Shown in pieces: positions 8,701-18,776 of a stretch of 64,000 nt of DNA (within the stretch, counting starts at the first letter, position 1; every line of letters starts with the position of its first letter). Both the position numbers and the translations under genes were made by a program. The notes below the pieces were generated by a model. The model was not told the origin of the DNA. It saw only the letters and a program-made list of their open reading frames with translations, and searched no databases. Source of the DNA: Alphaproteobacteria bacterium (GTDB lineage Bacteria > Pseudomonadota > Alphaproteobacteria > UBA828); NCBI GenBank assembly GCA_965214705.1, contig OZ243972.1, positions 1,184,001-1,248,000 of the forward strand, given 5' to 3'.

Positions 8701-9645
8701 ATGCCCGTTACGTTGCGCCAGCTAAGATACTTTCAAGCACTGATCGAGCACGGCTCCTTCAGTCGCGCGGCAGAGAGCGTTCACGTCTCGCAACCGGCAC
8801 TCTCGCTCCAAATTCGCGAACTGGAGGCCTCGCTCGGCGGGCCGCTGGTCGAGCGCGAGAGCCGCGGCATCCTCCTCACCCCCCTCGGGCGGGAGGCGCA
8901 TGAGCAGACGCTCCGGATACTGGACGAAACGCTGCTTCTCGAAACCATGGGGCAGCGATTCGAAGCGGGTCCGCTCAGAGTCGCCGTTGGAGTCGTCTCT
9001 ACGCTCGCGCCCTACCTGCTTCCAGGAATGCTGAGCCATCTGCCCGACGCTTCACCCCGTATCGAAATCGACATCCTGGAAGCACCGGGTCAGGCCCTCG
9101 TGTCCGGGCTCCTCGCCGGACGTCTCGACGCCGCCATCGTCTCGCTTCCGCTGGGAATGCTGGAGCTGCCCGAGCGCGAGCTGTTCGAGGACCGCCTCGT
9201 GCTCGCCGGTCGCGCCGAGCGTCTCGCCTCGATTCGCCGCTCTCTCGGCGACGACTTGCGCCCGGAGGACTTGGCCCGCGCCGACATAGGACCGCTCCTT
9301 ACGCTCGGCGACGGTCATTGCCTGGCTGATCAGGTTCTGGGTGCCTGCCTGATGTGGCGCATGCAAGAGGTGCGCCGCGGAGCACAATCGCTCGCCACAC
9401 TGTCGCGGCTCGTCGCAAGCGGTGCGGGATTGACGCTCCTGCCTGAGACGGCCGCGCTCGCCGAGAGCACGGCCACCCCGGAGCTGAGTTTTCTCCGTTT
9501 CGCTGCGCCTGAGCCCCTGCGGCGGATCGGCCTCACCCATCGCGTCGCCGCTCACGGCCAACGCTGGATCGATCTGCTGGCCGAGGCTGCGACGAGAGCC
9601 GGTCAGGCTCTCACGGAGGAAGCACAGAAGGAAATCGGATCGTGA
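8701..9645 (+). CDS. LysR-family regulator, OxyR-like
   Basis: HTH TLRQLRYFQAL...SQPALSLQIRELE; GHCLADQVLGAC matches the OxyR C199/C208 spacing. Confidence 0.88.
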   Translation: MPVTLRQLRYFQALIEHGSFSRAAESVHVSQPALSLQIRELEASLGGPLVERESRGILLTPLGREAHEQTLRILDETLLLETMGQRFEAGPLRVAVGVVSTLAPYLLPGMLSHLPDASPRIEIDILEAPGQALVSGLLAGRLDAAIVSLPLGMLELPERELFEDRLVLAGRAERLASIRRSLGDDLRPEDLARADIGPLLTLGDGHCLADQVLGACLMWRMQEVRRGAQSLATLSRLVASGAGLTLLPETAALAESTATPELSFLRFAAPEPLRRIGLTHRVAAHGQRWIDLLAEAATRAGQALTEEAQKEIGS

Positions 9646-9681
9646 GCTTAGCCCGCGGAAGGGCGATTGGGCTTCAGGCAG

Positions 9682-10020
9682 TCACCCGTCGACGGAGGCG
9701 AGTGCTTCGTCTCGCGACGCGTGGACCGGGATGATGGTGTCGAAGCCGCTCGTCTCGAAGACGACCCGGACCTGATCCGAAAGCGAGTGCAGCGCGAACC
9801 GCGTGTCGCGATTCGAAAGGCTCTTGGCGATGTTGAGTATCGTGCGGAGACCCGCGCTGCCAATGTAGAGCAGCCTCTCGCAGTTCACGATGACCGCGCG
9901 ATCGCTGTCGGCGACCGCGGTTTCGATCGCCTCTCGGAACTCGAGCACGGTGGAGCCGTCAATGCGGCCTTCCACCCGCACCGATAGCACGCCGTCCTTC
10001 CGATCCATCGTTACGTCCAT
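9682..10020 (-). CDS. STAS-domain anti-sigma factor antagonist (RsbV/SpoIIAA-like)
   Basis: VEGRIDGST...YIGSAGLRTIL (phosphoacceptor Ser region)...VFETSGFDTII; start 10020 or 10032. Confidence 0.88.
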   Translation of the reverse strand: MDVTMDRKDGVLSVRVEGRIDGSTVLEFREAIETAVADSDRAVIVNCERLLYIGSAGLRTILNIAKSLSNRDTRFALHSLSDQVRVVFETSGFDTIIPVHASRDEALASVDG

Positions 10021-10102
10021 GGTGTGCTGCATCGCCACGAGCGCCCCTAGTGCGGCTCGACCCGCTTCCGCCTGGTGCGGCGTTCGCTTCGCTCGACCGG
10101 CG

Positions 10103-11407
10103 TCATACGACAGCGAGCCGCTCAAGCGCAGGCGGGCGCGGCCCTCCGGTCGCCCAGTCGAGCAGCTCGACCGTGTGCACCACCGGCAACGTGGTGTGCC
10201 CGGCGATCTGGACCATGCAGCCGATATTGCCTGCAGCCACGAGCGCGGCACCGGTGCCCTCGATCGCCGCTGCCTTGCGAGCGCCGAGTTCACCGGCCAA
10301 GTCGGGCTGAAGCATATTGTATGTGCCCGCCGAACCGCAGCAGAAATGCCCGTCCGGGACCGTTCGCACGGTAAAGCCGGCGGCGGCAAGGAGCGCTATC
10401 GGCTGTCGGTCGATCTTCTGGCCGTGCTGCAGCGAGCAGGCCGAGTGATAGGCGACGGGTGCATTCGTCGGCGGCGTCGCGGAGCCCGAGACGCCCAGTT
10501 CGTCGAGCACCTCGCTGACGTCGCGAGCGAGCCCTGCCACCTGCGCACCGGCTTCGGCGTGGGTCTCGTCGTCCTTGAGCAGGTGGCCAAAGTCCTTGAG
10601 CATCGTCCCGCAGCCGGACGCCGTGGCGACGATCGCATCGAGACCGCCCGGGGCTGCCTCGCGCGCGAATGAGGCCGCCGCACGTCCGGCTTGCGCGTGG
10701 CCCCGCTCCTCGTCTCCCAGATGGTGCGCAAGTGCGCCGCAACAGCCGGCGCCGCGCGGCACCACCACTTCGCAGCCGTGGCGGGTGAGCACGCGCACCG
10801 CCGCCTCGTTGATCTCCGGCGCCAGCACGCATTGCACGCAACCCGTGAGCAGCGCCACCCGCTTGCGCCGCTGCCCCTGGGCCGGGATGACCTGCGGTCG
10901 CTCGACCCAGCTCGGCCCGTACGACGGACGGCCCGCAAGCCTGAGCAGGGCGCCGAGCCTTCCACTGAAGAGCGGCGCCAGCAGCGCCGGCCCCCGTGCG
11001 GCGAGGAGCGCGAGACGCGCCAAACTAGGGCGGGGCAGCACAGCGCCAAGCAGGGTGCGAATCGCGCGCTCGACGAGCGGTCGTTCCCAGGTGCGCTCGA
11101 TGTGGCCGCGCGCATGGTCGACCAGATGCATGTAGTCGACTCCCGCCGGGCAGGTCGTCATGCACGAGAGGCAGGAGAGGCAGCGGTCGATGTGGCGGGT
11201 GACCGTGGCGTCAGCTGGCGCGTCCTGCTCCAGCATGTCCTTGATCAGGTAGATGCGCCCGCGCGGGCTGTCCCGCTCGTCGCCGAGCAGCGCATAGGTC
11301 GGGCAGGTGGCGAGGCAGAGTCCGCAATGGACGCAGGTGCGGAGCACCTCGTTGGCTTGCGCCAGTGCCGGGAGCGCCAGCTGGCTCTCGGAGAACTGGG
11401 TCTGCAT
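10103..11407 (-). CDS. glcF: Glycolate oxidase iron-sulfur subunit
   Basis: CVHCGLCLATCPTY, CLSCLSCMTTCP, CCG domains; start MQTQFS at 11407. Confidence 0.93.
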   Translation of the reverse strand: MQTQFSESQLALPALAQANEVLRTCVHCGLCLATCPTYALLGDERDSPRGRIYLIKDMLEQDAPADATVTRHIDRCLSCLSCMTTCPAGVDYMHLVDHARGHIERTWERPLVERAIRTLLGAVLPRPSLARLALLAARGPALLAPLFSGRLGALLRLAGRPSYGPSWVERPQVIPAQGQRRKRVALLTGCVQCVLAPEINEAAVRVLTRHGCEVVVPRGAGCCGALAHHLGDEERGHAQAGRAAASFAREAAPGGLDAIVATASGCGTMLKDFGHLLKDDETHAEAGAQVAGLARDVSEVLDELGVSGSATPPTNAPVAYHSACSLQHGQKIDRQPIALLAAAGFTVRTVPDGHFCCGSAGTYNMLQPDLAGELGARKAAAIEGTGAALVAAGNIGCMVQIAGHTTLPVVHTVELLDWATGGPRPPALERLAVV

Positions 11408-11412
11408 CGGCG

Positions 11413-12630
11413 CTAGATGCCCGCGTACATGCGCCCGGGATTGAGCACGCCTGCCGGGTCGAAGGCGCGTTTGATGCGCTCGGTCAGAGCCGCGAGGCCC
11501 GCCGCCTGGGGCTGGAATACCGCGCGCGCCGCCCGTGTCGGCGCATCGGCGCGGACCAGAGTCGCGTGCCCCCCCACTGCCGCAACGGCTTCGCGCACCG
11601 CGGCCTCGCCCGCATCCTCTGCCCCGTCGACCGCGAGCCAGACGAGCCCGCCGCCCCAGTCGAAGAGGGTACGCACGTCTGCCGCGTCCGCGACGCGGGT
11701 GGCTGCTGCTGCACCCGATGCCGGCGGCACCGAGAGGCGCCAGAGCGGCCCGCTGTCCCCGGCGAAGGCCCGGACGTCCCGAATTTCGCGCCAAAGCATC
11801 GCCGAGTTCTTCGAGTGAAGCTCCTCGACCGCGCCGAAGCGCCCGAGCAGCTCACGCAGCGCCTCGCAGCGCGCCTCGACCGAGGCGGGGAAGCCCTCGA
11901 CCCGGACCGCGCTGACCGAAGCGCCCGCCTCCGCGACGTAGGAGACCGCCGAGCGCGCCGCCGCCTCGGCCGGCATGTGGGCCGCGCCCGAGACCTCGTG
12001 CGCGCTAGAGAGTGCAGCCTCCAAGGCGTCCATCGCCGCGGCCGGTTCCAGCCCATAGACCAGGACCGTGCGCGTCCGCTCCGGCGTGGGCAGGACCTTG
12101 ACCGTCACCTCGTGCATGAGTGCGAGTGTGCCGTAGGAGCCCGCGAGCAACTTGCAGACATCGTAACCGGTCACGTTCTTGACCACGCGGCCGCCGGCCT
12201 TGAAGCGCTCGCCCCGCCCGCTTACCGCGTGCACGCCAAGAAAATGATCGCGCGCGGCACCCGCCTTGATCCGACGCGGGCCCGAGAGGTTGCAGGCCAG
12301 CGCGCCGCCGAGCGTCGCGCTGCCGTTCGTGCCCAACAGGGGCGCATAATCGGCGGGCTCGAACGCCAGCATCTGTCGTTCGGCCCTGATCGCGGCTTCA
12401 ATAGTGGTGAGCGGCGTCGCTGCCTTGGCCGTCAGCACCAGCTCGGAGGGCTGATAGTCGACGATGCCGTCGAACGCGGCGAGCGAGAGGGTGGCCGCGC
12501 TCTGCACCGGCCGGCCAAAGTCCCGCTTGGAGCCGCCGGCGATGACCTCAAGCGGTTGTTCGCCTGCAACCGCCCAGCGCACGGCATCCGCGAGGCCGTC
12601 CGCGTCCGTCGGCGCCAGATTGTCGGACAT
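11413..12630 (-). CDS. glcE: Glycolate oxidase FAD-binding subunit
   Basis: GPRRIKAGAARDHFLG, GGRVVKNVTGYD, FDPAGVLNPGRM. Confidence 0.93.
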   Translation of the reverse strand: MSDNLAPTDADGLADAVRWAVAGEQPLEVIAGGSKRDFGRPVQSAATLSLAAFDGIVDYQPSELVLTAKAATPLTTIEAAIRAERQMLAFEPADYAPLLGTNGSATLGGALACNLSGPRRIKAGAARDHFLGVHAVSGRGERFKAGGRVVKNVTGYDVCKLLAGSYGTLALMHEVTVKVLPTPERTRTVLVYGLEPAAAMDALEAALSSAHEVSGAAHMPAEAAARSAVSYVAEAGASVSAVRVEGFPASVEARCEALRELLGRFGAVEELHSKNSAMLWREIRDVRAFAGDSGPLWRLSVPPASGAAAATRVADAADVRTLFDWGGGLVWLAVDGAEDAGEAAVREAVAAVGGHATLVRADAPTRAARAVFQPQAAGLAALTERIKRAFDPAGVLNPGRMYAGI

Positions 12631-14120
12631 CAGAAGCGGGGCAGGTCGGGGAACGGCGTCTCGCCGCGGTGGACGTGCATCTGGCCGAGCTCGGCGCAGC
12701 GATGCAGCGTCGGGAAGACCTTTCCGGGGTTGAGCAACTGGTCGGGATCGAAGGCGCACTTGATCCGCTGTTGCTGCTTGAGATCGTCCTCGCTGAACAT
12801 CGTGCCCATCAGGTCGCGCTTCTCAACGCCGACCCCATGCTCGCCCGTGAGAACGCCGCCCACCTCGACACAGAGCTTGAGGATCTCCGAGCCCATCTCC
12901 TCGGTGCGCTGAAGGGCACCGGGGATGCTGGAATCGTACATGATGAGCGGATGCAGGTTGCCGTCGCCCGCGTGGAAGACATTGGCGACCGGCAGGTCGT
13001 ATTCGCGGGAGAGCTCGCCGATCCGGGTCAGCACCTCGGGCAGGCGCGCGCGCGGAATGGTGCCGTCCATGACGTAGTAGTCGGGCGCCATGCGGCCTGC
13101 GGCGCCGAAGGCGGACTTGCGGCCGAGCCAGAAGCGCTCGCGCTCCTCCTCGCTCGTGCTCGCGCGGATCGTCGTCGCTCCCGACTTCCGGGCGAGGCCG
13201 CCGACGAGCGCGACGAGCTCGTCGACCTCGACCTCGGGCCCGTCCAGCTCGCAGATCAGGATCGCCGCGACGTCCATGGGATAGCCGGGCTGACAGAAGC
13301 TTTCCGCCGCCTCGATCGCCGGCTTGTCCATCATCTCCAGGCCGGCGGGAATGATTCCGGCAGCGATGATCTCGCCCACGCAGGCGCCGGCCGATGCGTT
13401 GTCGGGGAAGCCGAGCAAGAGCGCGCGCACCGTGGCGGGCTTGGGCAGCAGCCGCACCGTCACCTCGGTGACGACCCCGAGAAGCCCCTCGGAGCCGGTC
13501 ACCACGCCAAGCAGGTCATAGCCCTCGGCATCGAACTGCTTGCCGCCGAGGCGCAGGACCTCGCCGTCCATCAGCACCAGCTCGACGCCGAGCAGGTTGT
13601 TGGTGGTGAGCCCATACTTGAGGCAGTGCACGCCGCCGGAATTCTCGGCCACGTTGCCGCCGATGGAGCAGGCGATCTGGCTGGAGGGGTCCGGCGCATA
13701 GTAGAAGCCGTAGGGGCTGACCGCCGTGCTGATGGCAAGATTGGCGACGCCCGGTTGGACCACGGCGCAGCGGTTGGCGGTATCGATTTCGAGGACCCGG
13801 TTGAGCTTGCCGAAGCCCACGGTGACCCCGTCGGCAAGCGGCAGGGCGCCGCCGGAAAGCCCGGTGCCGGCGCCGCGCGGCACGATCTTGACGCCGCGTT
13901 CGTGGCAGAGCGCCAGCACGCGGCTGACTTCCTGCGTATCGCGCGGCAGGACGACGACCATCGGCAGCGACCGGTAGGCGCTGAGGCCGTCGCACTCGAA
14001 GGGGCGCAAGCCCCGTTCGTCGTCGATCACGCAGTCCTCGGGCAGCAGCTTGCGCAGAGCCGCGACCAGGGACTGGCGCTGGCTGATGACGCCCGCGTCG
14101 GGCTCAGGCATGGCGATCAC
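12630..14120 (-). CDS. glcD: Glycolate oxidase subunit (FAD-linked oxidase)
   Basis: PRGAGTGLSGGA, PDPSSQIACSIGGNVAENSGG, HAGDGNLHP, GEHGVG. Confidence 0.94.
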   Translation of the reverse strand: MIAMPEPDAGVISQRQSLVAALRKLLPEDCVIDDERGLRPFECDGLSAYRSLPMVVVLPRDTQEVSRVLALCHERGVKIVPRGAGTGLSGGALPLADGVTVGFGKLNRVLEIDTANRCAVVQPGVANLAISTAVSPYGFYYAPDPSSQIACSIGGNVAENSGGVHCLKYGLTTNNLLGVELVLMDGEVLRLGGKQFDAEGYDLLGVVTGSEGLLGVVTEVTVRLLPKPATVRALLLGFPDNASAGACVGEIIAAGIIPAGLEMMDKPAIEAAESFCQPGYPMDVAAILICELDGPEVEVDELVALVGGLARKSGATTIRASTSEEERERFWLGRKSAFGAAGRMAPDYYVMDGTIPRARLPEVLTRIGELSREYDLPVANVFHAGDGNLHPLIMYDSSIPGALQRTEEMGSEILKLCVEVGGVLTGEHGVGVEKRDLMGTMFSEDDLKQQQRIKCAFDPDQLLNPGKVFPTLHRCAELGQMHVHRGETPFPDLPRF

Positions 14121-14235
14121 GGCAGCACCTTTCGGAGCCCGGCGAGGACCCTCCCTTGTGAGCGTGACGGATTGTCGGTGCGCACGTGCCGCCCGTCAAT
14201 GCGAGGCGGCGGTGAGCCGGAGCAGCCCTGTGCGG

Positions 14236-14361
14236 TCAGCCCTGGCGCGCCTTGAAGCGCGGGTTGCGCTTGTTGATGACCAGCACGCGCCCCTTGCGCC
14301 GCACGATCTGGCAGTCCTTGTGGCGCTTCTTGGCGGCGCGCAGCGAGTTGAAGACCTTCAT
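14236..14361 (-). CDS. rpmJ: 50S ribosomal protein L36, type B (lacks the zinc-ribbon motif)
   Basis: Translated by hand (below the ORF-track cutoff): [41 protein letters not shown]. Confidence 0.95.
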   Translation of the reverse strand: MKVFNSLRAAKKRHKDCQIVRRKGRVLVINKRNPRFKARQG

Positions 14362-14426
14362 CTCATCCCCTCCCGGCAAGGCGGCGCACCATAGGGAGCG
14401 CCCTGGTCCCTGTCAATCGGCACTGC

Positions 14427-15281
14427 CTACGCTTGGCGGAGCGTCTGGCGCTGGCGGCCGAGGCCTTCGACTTCGAGCTCCATCACGTCGCCGGGCTTGA
14501 GGTAGACCGGCGGCTTCATGCCCATGCCGACGCCGGGCGGCGTGCCGGTCGAGATCAGATCGCCGGCGTCCAGCACCATGAACTGGCTGAGATAGTGCAC
14601 GAGGTGGGCCATGCCGAAGATCATCGTGGCCGTGCTGCCGGTCTGGCGCACCTCGCCGTTTACCGTGAGCGACATGGCGAGGCTCTGCGGATCAGCGATC
14701 TCCTCGGGCGTGACCAGCCACGGCCCGGTCGGGCAGAAGGTCCGTGCCGACTTTCCCTTGATCCAGGTGGGGCCGCGTTGGAGCTGGAAGTCGCGCTCGG
14801 AGACATCGTTGCAGATGCAGTACCCGGCGACATGGTCGAGCGCCGCCGCCTCGTCGGGCAGATACTCGCAGGTGCGGCCGATCACCACGCCGAGCTCGAC
14901 CTCCCAGTCGGTCTTCGTGCTGCCGCGCGGGATCAGCACATCGTCGTCCGGCCCACTGTAGGAGCTCGGCGCTTTGGAGAAGACCACCGGCTCCGTCGGA
15001 ATATCCATCCCCGCCTCCTTGGCGTGGTCGGCGAAGTTGAGGCCGATGGCGATGATGTGGCCGGGCCGCGCCACCGGCGGGCCGATCCGTGTGCCGGGCT
15101 CGACGCTCGGGAAGCGATCCGTGCCCTCGCCCAAGGCTTTCGCCAGCCGGTCGATGCCGCCGCCTTCGAGCCAGGCACCGTCGATCTCGCCGACCGCGCT
15201 CGATACGTCGATGATGGTTCCGTCGTCCAGCATCACGGCCGGCCGCTCGGCGCCCGCCTCGCCAACACGCAACAGCTTCAT
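14427..15281 (-). CDS. Fumarylacetoacetate hydrolase family protein
   Basis: IGLNFADHA, TDWEVELGVVIG, NDVSERDFQ, ISTGTPPGVG; start MKLLRVG at 15281. Confidence 0.92.
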   Translation of the reverse strand: MKLLRVGEAGAERPAVMLDDGTIIDVSSAVGEIDGAWLEGGGIDRLAKALGEGTDRFPSVEPGTRIGPPVARPGHIIAIGLNFADHAKEAGMDIPTEPVVFSKAPSSYSGPDDDVLIPRGSTKTDWEVELGVVIGRTCEYLPDEAAALDHVAGYCICNDVSERDFQLQRGPTWIKGKSARTFCPTGPWLVTPEEIADPQSLAMSLTVNGEVRQTGSTATMIFGMAHLVHYLSQFMVLDAGDLISTGTPPGVGMGMKPPVYLKPGDVMELEVEGLGRQRQTLRQA

Positions 15282-15466
15282 CGGTTCTCTCCCGGGTCTG
15301 AAACCGCGCGCACTATACCAGCGGGCCCGGGCTGTACCAGTCCGGTGAGACGGTTGCGCTTGCCGCGCTCTTCTGGCACTTTCCGGCCCGCCGGCGGGGC
15401 CGCCCCGGCGCGCGCAGCCGCGTGCACCAAGTGCCTTCTTCCCCATCGCTCAACGAGGTTGCCACC

Positions 15467-17560
15467 ATGTCAGCAATCCTTTGGTTTGCCGTGGCCAGCG
15501 GACTGGTCGCGCTCGCCTATGGTCTCTACGCCACCCGGTCGGTCTTGAGCGCGAGCGCCGGCACCGAGCGCATGCAGGAGATCGCCGGTGCCGTGCAGGA
15601 AGGCGCGCGGGCCTACCTCAACCGCCAGTACCTGACGATTTCGCTCGTCGGCTTGGTGCTGTTCGGCATTCTGACCGGCCTGCTCGGCTACCTGGTGGGC
15701 ATCGGCTTCCTCATTGGCGCGGTTCTGTCCGGCGCGGCCGGCTATATCGGAATGCACGTCTCGGTGCGGGCCAACGTGCGGACCGCCGATGCGGCCAGAA
15801 CCGGCGGGCTCAAGCCGGCGCTCGGCGTCGCTTTCCGCTCCGGCGCCATCACCGGCCTCCTGGTGGTGGGCCTCGGCCTGCTCGGCGTCGCGGTCTACTA
15901 CGCGATACTTCTGATCGCGGATGTCGAGACCAAGACCGTGCTGGAGGCGCTCGTGGCGCTCGGCTTCGGCGGCTCGTTGATCTCGATCTTCGCGCGGCTG
16001 GGCGGCGGTATCTTCACCAAGGGCGCTGATGTCGGCGCCGATCTAGTCGGCAAGGTGGAAGCCGGCATCCCCGAGGACGACCCGCGCAACCCGGCCGTGA
16101 TCGCTGACAACGTGGGCGACAACGTGGGCGACTGCGCCGGCATGGCGGCGGACCTCTTCGAGACCTACGCCGTCACTATCGTCGCCACCATGCTGCTGGC
16201 GGCGGTGTTCTTCACCGGAGAATTGCAGAAATCGCTCATGCTTTATCCGCTGGCGATTGGCGGTGCCTGCATCCTGGCCTCCGTGATCGGCACCTTCTTC
16301 GTCCGCCTCGGCAAGAGCCAGAAGATCATGCCTGCGCTCTATCGCGGCTTCCTGGTCTCGGCTGTGCTGTCTGCCGTCGCGTTCTATCCAATTACCGACT
16401 GGGTAGTTGGCTGGGACACCGAGTTCACCGTGAGCGGTGTGACGGCCTCGGGCCTCGATCTCTTCCTCTGCGGGCTGATCGGACTGGTGGTGACCGGCCT
16501 CATGATCTGGGTCACCGAGTATTACACATCGACCGAGTTCGGACCGGTGCGCGGCATCGCCAAGGCATCGACCACGGGCGATGCCACCAACATCATCCAG
16601 GGGCTTGCAGTCTCGATGCAGGCGACGGCGATCCCCGCGATCATCATCGCGGCGGGAATCATCCTCGCCTTCCTCGCCGCCGGCCTCTTCGGCATCGCGG
16701 TGGCGGTCACGGCGATGTTGGCGCTCGCCGGCATGGTGGTGGCCCTGGATGCCTACGGCCCGGTGACCGACAACGCCGGCGGCATCGCCGAGATGGCCGA
16801 GCTGGACGAGGACGTGCGCAAGACGACCGACGCGCTGGATGCGGTCGGCAACACCACGAAGGCGGTGACCAAGGGCTATGCCATCGCGTCTGCCGGTCTC
16901 GCCGCGCTTGTGCTCTTCGCCGCCTACACCGAAGACGTGGTGCGATACTTCCCAGGGGTGGAGCTCGACTTCTCGCTGAGCAATCCCTATGTGGTCGTCG
17001 GCCTCTTCTTCGGCGGCCTCCTGCCCTTCCTCTTCGGCTCCATGGCGATGCTTGCGGTGGGCCGCGCCGCGGGTTCCGTGGTGCTCGAGGTGCGCCGGCA
17101 GTTCAGGGAGATCCCCGGCATCATGGAAGGGACCGGCAAGCCGGAGTACGGCCGCGCTGTCGATCTGCTCACCAAGTCGGCCATCCGCGAGATGATTCTG
17201 CCTTCGCTGCTACCGATCCTGGCGCCAATCCTGCTCTACATCGTGATCTGGGCGATTGCCGGCCAGTCAGCGGGCTTCTCGGCGCTGGGTGCGGCGCTCA
17301 TGGGCACGATCGTGACCGGGCTCTTCCTCGCCATCGCGATGACCGCCGGCGGCGGCGCATGGGATAACGCCAAGAAGTACATCGAGGACGGCAACCACGG
17401 CGGCAAGGGTTCGGACAGCCACAAAGCGGCGGTCACGGGCGACACCGTGGGCGATCCCTACAAGGACACCGCCGGGCCCGCCATCAACCCGATGATCAAG
17501 ATCACCAACATCGTGGCGATCTTGCTGCTGGCCATCATCGCGAAGTTCGTCGCCGGTTGA
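15467..17560 (+). CDS. hppA: Membrane-bound H+-translocating pyrophosphatase, predicted K+-independent
   Basis: [39 protein letters not shown]; GNTTKA has Lys at the position that marks K+ independence. Confidence 0.95.
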   Translation: MSAILWFAVASGLVALAYGLYATRSVLSASAGTERMQEIAGAVQEGARAYLNRQYLTISLVGLVLFGILTGLLGYLVGIGFLIGAVLSGAAGYIGMHVSVRANVRTADAARTGGLKPALGVAFRSGAITGLLVVGLGLLGVAVYYAILLIADVETKTVLEALVALGFGGSLISIFARLGGGIFTKGADVGADLVGKVEAGIPEDDPRNPAVIADNVGDNVGDCAGMAADLFETYAVTIVATMLLAAVFFTGELQKSLMLYPLAIGGACILASVIGTFFVRLGKSQKIMPALYRGFLVSAVLSAVAFYPITDWVVGWDTEFTVSGVTASGLDLFLCGLIGLVVTGLMIWVTEYYTSTEFGPVRGIAKASTTGDATNIIQGLAVSMQATAIPAIIIAAGIILAFLAAGLFGIAVAVTAMLALAGMVVALDAYGPVTDNAGGIAEMAELDEDVRKTTDALDAVGNTTKAVTKGYAIASAGLAALVLFAAYTEDVVRYFPGVELDFSLSNPYVVVGLFFGGLLPFLFGSMAMLAVGRAAGSVVLEVRRQFREIPGIMEGTGKPEYGRAVDLLTKSAIREMILPSLLPILAPILLYIVIWAIAGQSAGFSALGAALMGTIVTGLFLAIAMTAGGGAWDNAKKYIEDGNHGGKGSDSHKAAVTGDTVGDPYKDTAGPAINPMIKITNIVAILLLAIIAKFVAG

Positions 17561-17601
17561 TGCACCGAAGCGCGGGAGGGGGAGCGACGGGGGAAGCCGC
17601 C

Positions 17602-18102
17602 CTACTGGCTTCTCGGAGCCGGCCGGCCGATGTTGCCGAAGAGCTGCTCCAGCAGGCCGAGCTCGCGGCCGCGCGTCGCGGTCTCCTCGTCAATCGGCAC
17701 GACTGCGCGTGCCTCTTCGGTCGATACCGACGTGACCTCAGCCACGACGCCGCTCTCGTCGAAGGCAATCACGATGACGCTTTGGTCGACCAGTTCGGGC
17801 GCGTTGAACGCCTCCGTCTCCGTGCGACGGCTGATGTAGTACCAGCGCGCGTCGTCGAAGGTCCCCACCGCCGACGGCGTGCCCAGCAGGCGCGCGACCT
17901 CCGCGCGGGTCTGCACGCCGGGCTTGATCTCGGCCAAGGCTTCGGAATCGCTGACATGGCCTTGCTGATGGACGATCGGCGTGCAGCCGGCGACAAGCGC
18001 CGCCGCCAACGCGCAGCCCAGCAAGGCGCGTCCGCCGCGCCAGCCTGGCGCGCGCGCTGCGGCACTCACTGCGTGTCTGCGCCGGAGCCTCATGGGAACC
18101 AC
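17602..18102 (-). CDS. bamE: Outer membrane protein assembly factor BamE (lipoprotein)
   Basis: Lipobox LVAGC; TRAEVARLLGTPS, WYYISRR, EQLFGNIGR. Confidence 0.88.
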   Translation of the reverse strand: MVPMRLRRRHAVSAAARAPGWRGGRALLGCALAAALVAGCTPIVHQQGHVSDSEALAEIKPGVQTRAEVARLLGTPSAVGTFDDARWYYISRRTETEAFNAPELVDQSVIVIAFDESGVVAEVTSVSTEEARAVVPIDEETATRGRELGLLEQLFGNIGRPAPRSQ

Positions 18103-18167
18103 CTCCGCTCGCCGAGCCGCGCCAACCTGCGCGCGTTGTCGGGGCGTGTCAACGGCGCGCGCGGGGT

Positions 18168-18776
18168 ATGGCGGAACGGGCCGTCATGGCGGTCGGGCGC
18201 GTCTGGCACCATCTGAAAGGGCGCAAGCGCCGGCGTGAGGCGGCCCGCCGTCTCTATACGGTAGCAGTACGTCAGGCGCGCGATCCGATCCTCTACACCG
18301 AGGGCGGGGTTGCCGACACGCTCGATGGCCGCTTCGACCTGATCGTGCTGCACGTGGTGCCGGTGATGCGCAGGCTGCGCCAGTGCGACGACGCAGGCCG
18401 GCAACTGAGCCAGGCGCTCTTCGACGTGATGTTCGACGACATGGACCAAAGCCTGCGGGAGATGGGCGTCGGCGACCTGCGCGTCGGCAAGCGGGTGAAA
18501 CAGATGGCGCGCGCCTTCTACGGGCGCGCCAAGGCCTACGACCAGGCATTCGAGCAGGCGCCAGGGGCGGAACGCCGCCAAGCCATCGCCGAGGCGCTGG
18601 AGCGCAACGTCTTCAACAACGAACCGCCGCCCGCCGCCCGCGTGCTCGCGATGGCCGCCTATGTCGAGACGATTCTGGACGCACTCGATGGACAAAACGC
18701 GGAGACGCTGCTCGGCGGCGAGGTTGAGCTGCCCCTCGTGCACCCGCTCGCGGCTGCGGCGGAAGGCGGCCGGTGA
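18168..18776 (+). CDS. Ubiquinol-cytochrome c chaperone (Cbp3) family protein
   Basis: DTLDGRFDLIVLH, DMDQSLREMGVGDLRVGKRVK, FYGRAKAYD. Confidence 0.88.
   Translation: MAERAVMAVGRVWHHLKGRKRRREAARRLYTVAVRQARDPILYTEGGVADTLDGRFDLIVLHVVPVMRRLRQCDDAGRQLSQALFDVMFDDMDQSLREMGVGDLRVGKRVKQMARAFYGRAKAYDQAFEQAPGAERRQAIAEALERNVFNNEPPPAARVLAMAAYVETILDALDGQNAETLLGGEVELPLVHPLAAAAEGGR

Noticed and set aside
14236-14361. Zinc-free L36 as a Zur-regulated paralogue
   Set aside because: Type-B L36 is the normal form in alphaproteobacteria, and I saw no Zur box upstream.
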